A DNA stretch of 58,317 nucleotides from Girardia tigrina (lineage: Eukaryota), in the NCBI GenBank assembly GCA_001938485.1, contig MQRK01246325.1:1-58317 (forward strand). The letters run 5' to 3'. The translations under genes were made by a program, and so were the position numbers. The notes beneath the pieces were generated by a model. It was not told the DNA's origin. It made no database searches and saw only the letters and a program-made list of their open reading frames with translations. Position 1 is the first letter of the stretch. Each line of letters starts with the position of its first letter. This document shows, piece by piece, positions 26,241 to 37,639 of the stretch.

Positions 26241-27051
26241 TTCTTGTTTGTTATATAAATTTGTTTTTCTCATCTTAGTTAGGAATTAGTTATGAAATAA
26301 GTAATACAGAATATGTAACCATTGAATTACGAGAAAAAATCGAGACGAAAGTATACAAAATAACCAAATAACTGCTTTGTACAATTTGATGCTCGCGACT
26401 CTATTCGTAAAAATGAAATGTTTTAGACAAGATTTGATAGTAAATGAAATTTCTTTCTTAAATTGCAAAAAAATAATAAATAAATATCTATATATATATT
26501 CAAAGTTTAATCTGTTTTCCGTAATTAACTTTACGACGTCTATTGTAAAGATTAATAGTGTTTCTGTTTCATTAATAATCTTAAAAATTATTTTAAAATA
26601 AATTAATTATTTGAAAATAAATAGAAAATTATTTTTTATGATATCTTTAATTGTAGTCTTAAATGATATCCTTGGACCCCAGTGATATAAAGATATCAAA
26701 ACAAGTTCTTTTCTAAAAGGCGTATTAAAATTATAATAATTGATAGATTTATCTGGGAAGTCCGACTGTAAATCTAAAAGGAGGGCTTTATATAAAATAT
26801 TTTTATGGTTATAAAAATCACATAGAACACAGACTTTCTTGAGAAAGACAATTGAAATTTATACTATTCGGGAATAACAAAAGTTACCAGAAATGTACAC
26901 TCTGTGTATGTACGAGATATTTCAAGGTTCAATATAAGCATTTTGATAGTGAATAGAGAGAGTGTTTTGTGAAATATTAGTAATTAGGTCAAGTTGCACT
27001 AAAATTAGTGTTCAATATATAGAATTGTATAAATGGAGTTTGTATAGATAC

Positions 27052-27590
27052 TATGAGGGGTGAGTTTTAAGTTTCGACAAATTAGTTTATTATTTTTTTT
27101 AGTTTTCAAAATCTAATGGAGATAAATTGGAAAATTAAAATGCAGAGTAAAAATATGATAAAATAAATACGTATTTAAAATATGTTTACATTAATAACAA
27201 TTAATATATATATTATAAGTGGAATAAGTTTAAATAAAGTTTAAAATAAATAATTAACGGATTAATATTTTTAGAAATAATTTTTTTTAATAAAAGGGCT
27301 TATTGTAAATTTAAAATTAATTAGTTTTTATGATAAAGTTTCGTAAGAATCTAAAAGTATTTTACATTTTAAATTTTGTAAAATTTTTGCAAAAAATGTA
27401 AAATTATTTTTAAGGTTTAATTTTCGTAAATTTTCGGAATTTAATCGAAAGAATTGTAAATTAATTTTGGGCGAAATAATTGATTTAATTTGTTTAAGTA
27501 TGTGAATTGTTGATATTAATAAATTTTTGTGGTGTTAAATTATGACTTCAGAATGTGATAATAATGAAAGTGGCTTAAACGCTACTTACA
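27052..27590 (-). repeat. Solo-LTR family B (TG...TA)
   Basis: TATGAGGGG...CTACTTACA; exact 5-bp TSD GATAC. Confidence 0.85.
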
Positions 27591-27594
27591 GATA

Positions 27595-27870
27595 CAGTTA
27601 CTTTCGGTTATTACAAACTCTCTGTTGCCAAGAGACTTTTGATTGAAAATTGATATTGATAAAATTGTTTTGCAATCAAAAGTTGTTTACATCATATATT
27701 ATAGTATTACTGAATCATTTCTTTGAAATTTGAGTATACTGTCGAATGGAAAGAAGTGGCAAATTTGAAAAATGACGAAAAGATGAGGATTATTCCCGAG
27801 GTTGGTAAAAGCGAAAAAATATCTCAATAAAACTAAGATCTATTAAATTGAAACTTTTGAAGAAGGAGCT
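27595..27870 (+). mobile_element. pogo-like transposon 5' remnant
   Basis: TA+CAGTTACTTTCGGTTATTAC terminus; LKNDEKMRIIPEV..SEK resembles a CENP-B-type HTH start. Confidence 0.4.
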
Positions 27871-27871
27871 A

Positions 27872-28075
27872 TGATGTTAAGCTTTGTTGACAGCATTTTC
27901 CTGGTGATTTGACGCTATTCTTGAACCATGTTCTTCAATATTTAATCAACCGTGTCAAAAATATCTTATGACTCACCTGAGTTTTCTTTATTAAAAACGG
28001 AGATGCCTCAACCTTTAAACTCTATGACCAAATATTAAAAAGTTATCAGATGTAGTGTCATGTAGGTTAGTTGAG
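27872..28075 (-). repeat. Near-identical inverted copy of 32739-32944
   Basis: Reverse complement matches apart from a 2-bp indel (by eye). Confidence 0.9.
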
Positions 28076-28509
28076 CTATTTTTTTTTTGAAGGAGCAATG
28101 ATTCCTCAATGATAACAATATACAAAACATAGTAAAGGATTAATTGAAAACAAATTTTTTAACAAATAACACTGTGTAACAATTTCTTTCCCGCAAAAAA
28201 ATTTCTATGTTCCTTGCATAACTTGAGTATGCTGATTACGAATATGATATTAGTTTTTGCACACCATCTAATTATTTGCCTCTATTTAATATTTTCTTTA
28301 TATGAGGGGTTAGTTTAAATTTAAGTTCGCCAAAATAGTTTATTATTTTTTTTAATTTGAAAATTTAAAAGAAATAAATTTAAAAAATTAAAATGTAGAG
28401 TAAAAATATGATAAAACAAATACTTATTTAAAATATGCTTACAGTAATAACAATTGATATATTTTAATATAAGTTATGAAATAAGTTTAAATAAATTTTA
28501 AAATAAATA

Positions 28510-29447
28510 CGAAGGGCGTTCCGAAAGTAAGTGGAAAAAAGGGAGACGACACCACAAGAAAGCATTTATTGAAGGAATACAATGTCATTCATCATCCTCA
28601 TCACTGTCAAACTTAGCATTATGCCTTCACAGTCCCAAAAGACTGTAATCATGACCTTCCCGGCAGATGGAACTGTCTTTGCCTTCAATGGTAGTTTCTC
28701 TCCAGTTTTGCACCACTGTTTCGATTGCTCCTTGGTCTCTGGTAAGTAGAAAGGAAGCCAAGTCTCATCCACAGTGATGATTCGCTTCCAGAACGATTCA
28801 CCAAGGTCCTCGCACATTTTCAGTAGCTGGCTGCATATGGTCACGCGGTTTCTTTTTTGCTCCACATTGAAAAGTCTTGGCACCCATCTGGCTGTCAGCT
28901 TCCTCATATTCAGGTGCTGCGTAACAATTGCATGTACACGTGTTGTAGATAGGCCTGTCATCTCCGCCAACTCGCGAATGGTAAGGCAGCGATTTGCATT
29001 GATGTTCTTTGACACTTTTTCCACATTTTCTACCGTGCTCGTCGTTGCTGGACGTCCACTCCTGTCCTCGTCGTCCAATGATTCACGTCCATTTTCGAAT
29101 TGATGAACCCAATTGTAGACGGCAGACTTTTTCAGGGCTCTTCCTTGAAACACATTTGATAAGCGGCACACAATGTCAGACACTGGAGTATCCTCTTTCC
29201 AAAGGAAAAAGATGATGGCACGCTGAGAACGTACTGCGTCTTCCATGTGTTAAACAAAAATGAAAACACTGCCTATGACAGTTTCCTCTATGCTGCTCAT
29301 ATGTTGCATGGACCGATGCCACTTTTGCTCGATTTCTATTGGCTGGTAAGTACATCACGTCACCACGCCATCTGTCCCTCTGTAAGATGCACACACACGC
29401 GCACACCCGCATATAAGTATTTCCACTTACTTTCGGAACGCCCCTCG
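28510..29447 (-). mobile_element. Internally deleted mariner (irritans-like TIR)
   Basis: 28-bp TIRs CGA(A/G)GGGCGTTCCGAAAGTAAGTGGAAA, TA TSD; empty site visible at 27247-27260. Confidence 0.95.
28566..29246 (-). CDS. Truncated mariner transposase (HTH domains plus first catalytic Asp), 226 aa open ORF
   Basis: RSGRP, ARWVPRL, RIITVDETW, KVMITVFWDCEG; the second and third Asp are deleted. Confidence 0.8.
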   Translation of the reverse strand: MEDAVRSQRAIIFFLWKEDTPVSDIVCRLSNVFQGRALKKSAVYNWVHQFENGRESLDDEDRSGRPATTSTVENVEKVSKNINANRCLTIRELAEMTGLSTTRVHAIVTQHLNMRKLTARWVPRLFNVEQKRNRVTICSQLLKMCEDLGESFWKRIITVDETWLPFYLPETKEQSKQWCKTGEKLPLKAKTVPSAGKVMITVFWDCEGIMLSLTVMRMMNDIVFLQ

Positions 29448-29734
29448 TAATTAACGGATTAATATTTTAAGAAATATTTTTTTTAATAAAAGGGTTTATT
29501 GTAAATTTAAATTAATTAGTTTTTATGATAAAGTTTCGTAAAATTCGGAGACGGAAAAAGAAAACCGATAAAAAAATTCAAAACCAGCATGTTGAAAAGT
29601 ATCAAAAAATTCTGAAAATCGTTTTCGGGAGAAACTTTCCAAAAATTTTGTTACACAGTGTAATTAGTAGTTTGTCAAGAAGGATATTTGCAAGAATGAT
29701 TACAATACATTCAAACATATATAAATTGCTAATA

Positions 29735-30290
29735 TCTTAACATTTTTTGCTCAGTTTTTTTGTTTGATTGCTACGTATCTTGGCTATTGAACACATCAAT
29801 AAAAATTAATTAAATTTTGGATAACTTGTTTCAAAAATCAGTATTTTAAAAATGGAAAATGCAGAAATTCGAACTATTATGAAGTGCAATTTCCTACGTA
29901 GAGTCTCCGCATCAGAAATCATGCAAAACTTTAATAGTATATTCTAAAATTGATTCAAGGAATTGGTGAAAGGTAATTTTCACCTCACTAATGAGTCTTG
30001 GGTCTTCTAAGAAAGCAGGTAAATAATGACGACTGAAGATCAACGTTGAGGCAGATACATTACAAAGAGCTCATGATCTATTACTTAAGTATGCTGTTAC
30101 AAAGCAAACAATCATTTGGCTGAAATTGACAAAGTGAAAAAAATTGATAATTTATTTGATAACTCCAACATGAGTTAAATGAAAAGCAGAAACAAAAGAG
30201 TTTAGATGCTTGCATCATGATGCTTTCTAGTTATAAATGCGATCCTTTTTGAATCGATTCATCTCTTTTGAGGAAAAAATGAATCAATAA
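29735..30290 (+). mobile_element. Mariner remnant, same family as 3535-5114
   Basis: Collinear similarity with 3940-4500 (e.g. AATCAGTATTTTAAAAA(A)TG..GAAATT.GAACTATTATG). Confidence 0.75.
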
Positions 30291-30854
30291 TAATATCTGT
30301 GTTAACCAACTGACAGAAAACTTAAACTAAGTTAAGATATGTTAAAATAAAATAAATAATAAATATGGAAAATTGGCAAAGTCAAAAAAGTTACAACAGT
30401 TATTCAATGGAACGATTGAAATAAATAAATGAAAATTTATGACAGCAATTTATTGTTCCCTTTGCGCTATCTCTCAAGAGAATCAAACCAGAGTTATAAA
30501 TGCCCTTTATAAACAGTAAATTTAACTCATTAATGAAGAAAAAATGTTTTCAATTTCCAACTACAGGTAGCTTTTTGATATTTCCAAAAATATATCTGAT
30601 ATTAATAAAGATTAGTGAGGTATTTTTTTCCTTAATCTCAAAAATGATCCAAAGTTGTATCAGTCCTACCTGGTGAATAACAAACCCCATCACAGGAATT
30701 CCGAAGTACACTCCAGAAAATTGTAGGAAAGTTAGAATATTTCATTAAAAGACTTTGATTCCAAAGCCATCTGTATTTTAGGAGAATCATCATGAATTGT
30801 AAAATGGAAGGGTTATTCCCTCTCATTAAAAATTATAAATATCGTTGAAAGATA

Positions 30855-32209
30855 TTGGGTTGTTGCATAAGTTTCCGCCGTTACATGAAACTATTTGTTC
30901 TACAAAGACTTTTTGATGTTTGGCGAAGTATTATATATCATTAGAAAGCCCGTGCGATCCTCTACAAGATTAAAGTAATCGTTTTTGCATATATTATTTT
31001 TTGTCTTTTTTTGGAACCGTCAAATGGATTGTTAAGTCGAAAAAAAATTGCATTTTCGACACCTCCTTCTTTTTGCCTTTAATCGAGGTCAAAAAGCGAG
31101 TAAAGCTACCAGAGATATTTGTGTCGTGTATGGAGAGGACGCTATAGCTGAAAGAACTGCTTGGGATTGGTTTGCCAGGTTCAGATATGATAATTTCGAC
31201 CTCAACGACGCTCCTCGTTCCGAAAGACCAGTCGAGATGGACGAGGACCAACTCGGGGATCTTTTGAAGGAAGATGGCCGCCAGACATGCAGAGAGTTGG
31301 CCGAAAAGATGAATTGTGATTTTGCGACAATTTCACGCCACCTACAGTTGATGGGTTTCACTCAAAAGCTTGGAGCTTGGGTTCCGCACGAACTCACCCA
31401 AAAGCAGAAGGATAAGTGGCTTTCCATTGCTGCTCAAAATCTCACTCGACACCAAGAAACCCGTGGCCACATGCAACGTTTCTTATACAGAATCGTCATT
31501 GGAGACGAGAAATGGTGTTTCTATGTGAATATGAAGCAAAGGAAAGAGTGGGTGAGTCCTGGAGAGAAGCCTAAGCCCAGGATCAAGAAAGATCTGCACC
31601 CGATGAAGATAATTATTTGCGTATGGTGGGATTGGGAAGGTCTAATCTACTTGGAAATTTTTGAAAGAACATGACAGTAGAAAAGAATCTCTATAAAGCC
31701 TAATTGCATCGAGTCAATGAGGAAATTCAACAAAAAAGACCGGATCGACAAGGCCAGATGATCCTCCTCCATGACAATGCTCAACAACACACCGCAAAAA
31801 CTGTCAAGACGGCACTCAAAGAGCTCGGTTTGGAGGTCCTTCAACATCCTCCCTATTCCCCAGACCTCGCCCCGACGGATTACCATGTCTTTCGCTGCCT
31901 TTCAAATGAGATGAGGGGTCTTAGCTTCGAAAATCAGGATCATCTTGAGAATTGGCTCAACAACTTCTTCGAGACTCTACCTAAGGATTTCTGGCGAAAT
32001 GGAATCAACAAACTGGTGGAAGATGGGAAGAAGTAGTGAACAATGAAGGAGAGTACATAATTGATTGAAGTGTTATTATTTTTGCAGTTAAAATTTTATG
32101 ATTTCATTAAATATATAATTAACTAAGTCATTATTTTGGTTGTTAAAATTCTTTGATTTCTTTGAAAATAAATGTTAAAAAAACGGCGGGAACTTATGCA
32201 ACAACCCAA
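30855..32209 (+). mobile_element. Full-length mariner (DD34D), transposase pseudogene ~31024-32068
   Basis: 28-bp TIRs TTGGGTTGTTGCATAAGTTYCCGCCGTT, TA TSD; WVPHEL, GDEKW, HDNA, HPPYSPDLAPTDY. Confidence 0.96.
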
Positions 32210-32252
32210 TACAATCAGTAAGATAAAGATAAAAGAATGTAACGAACATATA

Positions 32253-33700
32253 CGTGGTGCGTACAATAAGTACCCGATCTAAGGGGGGTTAGTCAGTTAA
32301 ACCTTTCAAAGACACTTGGTGTAACTTTAAAAAAGGAAGAAGTAAGGTCTAATGTTTAGAATACTTTGAAATTCTTGAAGAAAAGACCACGATCAGTAAC
32401 GAGGGACGACTTTAATAGGTTCAAACTTCAAAATACTCTAATGGTAATGGCCTACAAGTTGTTTTTATGGCTTATGTAACATATCAAAGTGTCCACAAAA
32501 GTAGAAAATCACCCATTGGATACCATACTAGTTATTTTTCTTCGGATAACAATTAAAAACCCTGGTGCCGAATGGCATTCAATTTATTCACGCCGTTCTC
32601 CAGTTATCAAGCACCAAATTGTAAATTTAGATTTTGAATTTATGTCATTGCGATGATTTTAGACGTTAAATATTGCGACGTTTTTAATTTCTGTGTATTG
32701 TAGAAGAAGACGTGCAATGAAATCTAAGATTTTTAGCACTCAACTAACCTACATGACACTACATCTCTGATAACTTTTTAATATTTGGTCATAGAGTTTA
32801 AAGGTTGAGGCATCTCCGTTTTTAATAAAGAAAACTCAGGTGAGTCATAAGATATTTTTGACACGGTTGATTAAATATTGAAGAACATGGTTCAAGAATA
32901 GCGTCAAATCACCAGGAAAATGCTGTCAACAAAGCTTAACATCAATGTTGGTACGGCCTACGCAAAATTGAAATCCATGGGTATAAGAAAACTGAGCTCC
33001 AGATTCTTACCCCTCTTTTTGACTGGTGAAATGATGCGAAACTGCTTGCAGTTCATTCAGAATAGCGTGAACCTCTGGAACTCACATGTTGACACCCCAC
33101 TCACTTTATGTTTGCTGGAAATAAAGCGCGAGTCAGTAGAGTGGAAACTGCTTGGAGAGAAACCATGTTTGAAGATTCAAACGAGAATAAGTCATGGACG
33201 AGTGATAATGCTTTCTGGGATCATAAAGATGTTATTCTCATGGATTTCGCAGATAAAGGTATCACCATAAATGCTGCATATTACAATCGACTTGTGTAAA
33301 CCACTAGAAGTAAAAAAATGGAAGTAGAACACACTACTATGGTTTCTCCATGACAGTGCGTTAGTGTTCACAGTAGTCATTTCTAGGATTACAATTGAAG
33401 GTGCTAGATTAGTGCTTGTTGATAATCCGCCGTACAGTCTAGAGTTGGTACCGATCGATTTTTACCTCTTCAGATATCTAAAGAAACATTTGAGAGGTAT
33501 CCAATTTGGATATGAAGACGATTTAAAGGTTGCCGTGGATGATTTCTTTGTCGAATGGCATATAAGTTTTGAAAAAGGCGTTTTCTGAATTTTTATTCGT
33601 TGACAGAAGTGTGTATAGCGAAATAGACATTATGTTGACAAATGATACCGAATAGGAAATACAATATTGCGAGTCATTATTATCCAGAAATCCTAACCCT
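32253..33700 (+). mobile_element. Heavily degenerate mariner (irritans-like)
   Basis: TA+CGTGGTGCGTACAATAAG left end; MGIRKLSSRFLP, FWDHKDVILMDF..KGITINAAYY, NPPYSLELVPIDFYLF. Confidence 0.8.
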
Positions 33701-33897
33701 TTAGTAAATGTTCAAAAGGGAGGTAGCAAAGTAGTCACAGTGATAAATATTTTTACTTAGTATTTTTTAATAGAGGGTCAAGTTTTGGGAATTGATATTC
33801 TTATTAAAGTAAATTTCAAATTCCTATATTAGTATATATTTTTTAAAAATTATATTTTTAAGTATTAAAATCAAAATTCATCAGTTTATATTTGAAG

Positions 33898-34468
33898 AAT
33901 TTGAGGCTTGAATACAAATGTTTTAATCCACTGATCTTATTAATAAGGTCTCAAGCGAGTACCAAACCGTCTTAGAAATTTCTAAATAGATTTCATGGAA
34001 TTTAAAAATTAGTTAATTTATATTTCTTTTATTACAATTTAACCCTTCGTAACATGGTGGGACACTTCTGTAACAAACCGTTGTAACTCTTACAGGATCT
34101 CTAACTATTAACATATCACATTTAAATCACTGATGCATATCTGTTACACACCGATCTATACAACATCGGTGATTTATTAGTACCTACAGGTGGCGTGGGT
34201 GGTAGGATGATGAATTTGACAGTTCTCTCTATTACATTGTGTGGTATTTTTTTAAGATATTGAGTTACGAAGGGTTAAATAATTTTCAGCAATAATTTTG
34301 ATAATTTGAGCAATTTTGATGAACATAATTTAAATTATAAATAAAGAAAAAATAAAGTATTTTTAAAATTTTGTGCCACCAATCTAAAAGCTAATGAGAG
34401 ACAGTGACTTTGGGAAACCTTATTAATCGAATCAATGGATCCTAAAATTAATATTCAAGCCTCAAATT
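33898..34468. mobile_element. Fold-back/MITE with ~60-bp imperfect inverted arms
   Basis: AATTTGAGGCTTGAATA..ATCCA..ATTAATAAGG / CCTTATTAAT..TGGAT..TATTCAAGCCTCAAATT. Confidence 0.6.
34043..34274. mobile_element. piggyBac-type MITE (232 bp)
   Basis: TTAA TSD on both sides; TIR CCCTTCGTAAC / GTTACGAAGGG. Confidence 0.88.
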
Positions 34469-34699
34469 AAACTTCTTTACTTCTTCAACTAGAACCTTAT
34501 ATCATTATTTATCACAAAATCATTGAAGTATTTAATACCAAGCGTCAAAAAAGTAGAGATTAATAATGTAGTTTTTTGCAAAACAATAAATAAATGATAA
34601 TGACTTATTTGTTTTGTTCTTTATATTCTTTTATTCTGAATTAAAAATCATATATGCCATGAAAGCGGGCTCTATCCGCAATCCAGAATTGTTGCATGT

Positions 34700-34975
34700 T
34701 AGATTAAAAAAGGATGAAATGAAATCTGAATTATAAAACCAATATATATGGAGAAACGTCTCGTCATTTCTGTAAATGGATTAAGGAGCATGGACAATTG
34801 GGTAATGGGACTAATATTTCTGGACATATGAAGGGTTGTAAGTCGGAGGTGAAAACAACTAATTTTAAAATATTGTGCAGTAATTTTAAAAAAATATTGG
34901 GAAAGAATTACTTATGAGGCATTATTGATTAAATCACTTAATCCGTCCATTAATTTCCAAACAAGTCTCTCTTCC
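34700..34975 (+). mobile_element. Penelope-like GIY-YIG endonuclease 3' remnant
   Basis: YGETSRHFCKWIKEHG...HMKGC...NFKILC...YEALLIKSLNPSINFQ, typical of the PLE endonuclease C-terminus. Confidence 0.8.
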
Positions 34976-35051
34976 AATTTGTTATAAATATTTAATTAGT
35001 TATTACGCAAGATGTCTGTAACTGTTTTTAACTATAAGCCATATAAACAAC

Positions 35052-35295
35052 ATTTTATTGTACCGAAGTTTTCCATATAAGCGCCTCCCCCAAATATTTA
35101 TATATATTTCAGGGGGGCTGTTATACGGAAATCTCCGGAACATTTAAAAAGATTGAGTCGCAATGGGTTCATCATTAGCACCAAAGTTGGTCCATTTTTA
35201 TGAAGTCTCTTGGTTTTTATCTCATAATAATAATAGTAATATTTATATATAAATTTGGGGGAGCTTATATACAGAAAATTCCGGTACAATAAAAT
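35052..35295. repeat. Nested inverted repeat / MITE
   Basis: ATTTTATTGTACCG..ATATAAGC..CTCCCCCAAAT versus ATTTGGGGGAGCTTATAT..CCGGTACAATAAAAT; a third partial arm at 35110-35143. Confidence 0.6.
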
Positions 35296-35721
35296 ATAGT
35301 AATTTTAAGCTGTTTTCGCATGTTTTCTCCCAAAATTGTATTAGAATCGTGTTTTAAAGCGATAAAAGGAAAATCTATTTTTTTTAAAAACTACCTTTTA
35401 ATTTATTTAAAAGACATAAATAAGATAAATAAATAAATAAATAACCACACTTAAATTAATTAAATTAAACGACAAAGAAGTGATTTTTTTTAGAAAAAGC
35501 AAAAAATAAGTTCTAAAACCTCTACAATCAAATACGTTTTTGAAAAATAAAACGAAATGGAAAAAATATAATTATTTTTTCCCTTTCTACAAAAAGAATA
35601 TTTGGAAATTTTCTGATTATTGGAAAACTGATTAGTGTTAGAAACACTTCAAATAATGAAGTTTTGGATTTGGTTTTAATTTCTAAAATATATTAAAATT
35701 AATTTTTTTATATCATAAATA

Positions 35722-35752
<31 letters not shown>

Positions 35753-36740
35753 TCTTTAATTTAAAACAAATTTAATTATTATCCAAAAATATTTTTTTCG
35801 GTTGTCACACAATATTAAATTATATCCATTTTTATTATTTATGATCTTAGCCCTCACATGGGTACCTGTATGATTAATAATTTTAATACCTGTCTACTCA
35901 AACAATAATTAAACTAAAACATCAAACATGTATAAAATACCGGTAGCGAACCGAGGGGGGGGGGGTAATTTTACCATAATAATAATTAAATCAAAGAATT
36001 TTTTGTTTATCAATACTTTGATGTACTTGTAAACATATACCAAAAGGGTCCATCAGACATCTACTGAAACCCCTACATGGTCAAACTGACGAAATCTCTA
36101 TCTCAGAAAAGTACCTGAACTCATTTTTTAAAACAACGTATCTCTACTCTGTCCTAAGATCCATTTGGTTTATATTTTTGATCTGATGCATATGAGGCAC
36201 AAGATTCTTTAAATAAGAACTATGTCGGGCATATTTACAGGTTGGTTTTAGTTTTTGTAAAAAGGAGGACTCATTAATAGATCAAACAGTTTATTTAATG
36301 TTCAATACACAAAAAATGATGATTAATAAAATTTTAGGTATGTTATATTTTTTTATATTTATTTATTCATTATTAAGAACACCAACATTGACTTTCAAAC
36401 TTTTATTTTCAATACAATCAGAATTGTCTTTTGGACCACTCTCAGCAAAACTCTCGTCATTCGACATCGTTCTAAATTGATAATTTTTTATTAATGTTTG
36501 TTAATAAACAATTATTCGAACAAATTTTTCATTATTTTCAGATTTTATTTTTAAAGTTCAAATTTTGTAATTTTAGTAATAATTTTATTTACATATTAAT
36601 TTTATTTAAAAATTATTTTATGTAAAGAAAAAACATTTATTTAATTTAAATCTTAGTTAAAAGTTATTTTACAAATAAACTTGAAAAAAGATGGTAATTT
36701 TTTACTATAAACAAATAAACGCCATTTAAAAATATATTTT

Positions 36741-36783
36741 AGGATAATATATTTCGACGGTTTAACCGTCATCATCAGATCAC
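36741..36783 (-). ncRNA. Minimal type-I hammerhead ribozyme
   Basis: Reverse complement: GAT-CTGATGA-T-GACGG-TTAAA-CCGTC-GAAA-TATA-TT-ATC. Confidence 0.85.
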
Positions 36784-36910
36784 TGATTATGTTCTTTTTT
36801 ATTGTTTTTATATAAGAAATGAATGATTATGTAATCACTTACGTAATCACTTATGTAATCACTTATCATTCATTTCTTATATAAAATTTCAATAAAAAAG
36901 AACATAATCA

Positions 36911-36953
36911 GTGATCTGATGATGACGGTTAAGCCGTCGAAATATATTATCCT
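36911..36953 (+). ncRNA. Minimal type-I hammerhead ribozyme
   Basis: GAT-CTGATGA-T-GACGG-TTAAG-CCGTC-GAAA-TATA-TT-ATC: catalytic boxes, 5-bp stem II, palindromic stem-III loop. Confidence 0.85.
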
Positions 36954-37639
36954 AAAATATATTTTTAAATGGCGTTTATTTGTTTATAAAAGTTATTTTA
37001 CTTTATTTAAATTTTTAATATGAAAATTTGAAACGATTTGATATTTTTAAAGTTTTTTAAATATCTTATGCTGTACTTTAAAATGCAAATTATGCTCGTA
37101 TAACGAATATCATATTCATAACGAACATCAAAAATACCAATTTTCCATCTGGGTGGGAGAAACACATTTCCAAATACTAAACTCAACAAACAAAATTCAA
37201 CAAACCAATTTCAACATACCAAATTTAAAATATTCCTCACATTCATATCGCTTGAAAATAAATATACTTAAAGTATTAATAGTGTTGAATCTTCTCTCAT
37301 CGCATTTATGAGAATAACTCCCTTAAATTAGACGGGATTAAAACATGGTTGAAAAGTTGAGCACCAAACCTTCCCGATGATTGATAAAATTTGGTTGAAA
37401 ATTAAAATTTGGGGTGAAAATTTGGCTGACCCCCATCGATAACCTTTATAACTAAAAGATGAGACCAAGTAATCAAGAAAAATGGATAATAGATTGATTA
37501 TTAGAATATATATAAATAACAAAAATAATATAGATTTAGTATGCTTTTAAATAATAATAATAAAAATAAATTATGCAAAGTATTGTGGTTTAGGTTAATG
37601 GGAATTGTATATTTTTATCTTTATTTAATAATTTTATTA

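Larger units (their letters stand above)
28301..29545 (-). repeat. Solo-LTR family B partial copy interrupted by a mariner
   Basis: Collinear with 27052-27345 once 28510-29447 is removed. Confidence 0.85.
28170..29660. mobile_element. Chapaev3-like non-autonomous element hosting nested insertions
   Basis: 13-bp TIR CACTGTGTAACAA / TTGTTACACAGTG with TAA on both flanks (CAC termini plus TWA TSD). Confidence 0.65.
36673..36986. mobile_element. Palindromic non-coding retro-insertion with two divergent hammerhead ribozymes (Penelope pLTR-like)
   Basis: ~120-bp inverted arms; 15-bp TSD TAAAAGTTATTTTAC (36658-36672 and 36987-37001), single-copy in the sibling LTR at ~10155. Confidence 0.85.
36371..37241 (-). 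repeat. Solo-LTR family A interrupted by the hammerhead fold-back insert
   Basis: TATTAAGAAC...TTCCTCACA; exact TSD TTCAT. Confidence 0.9.
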
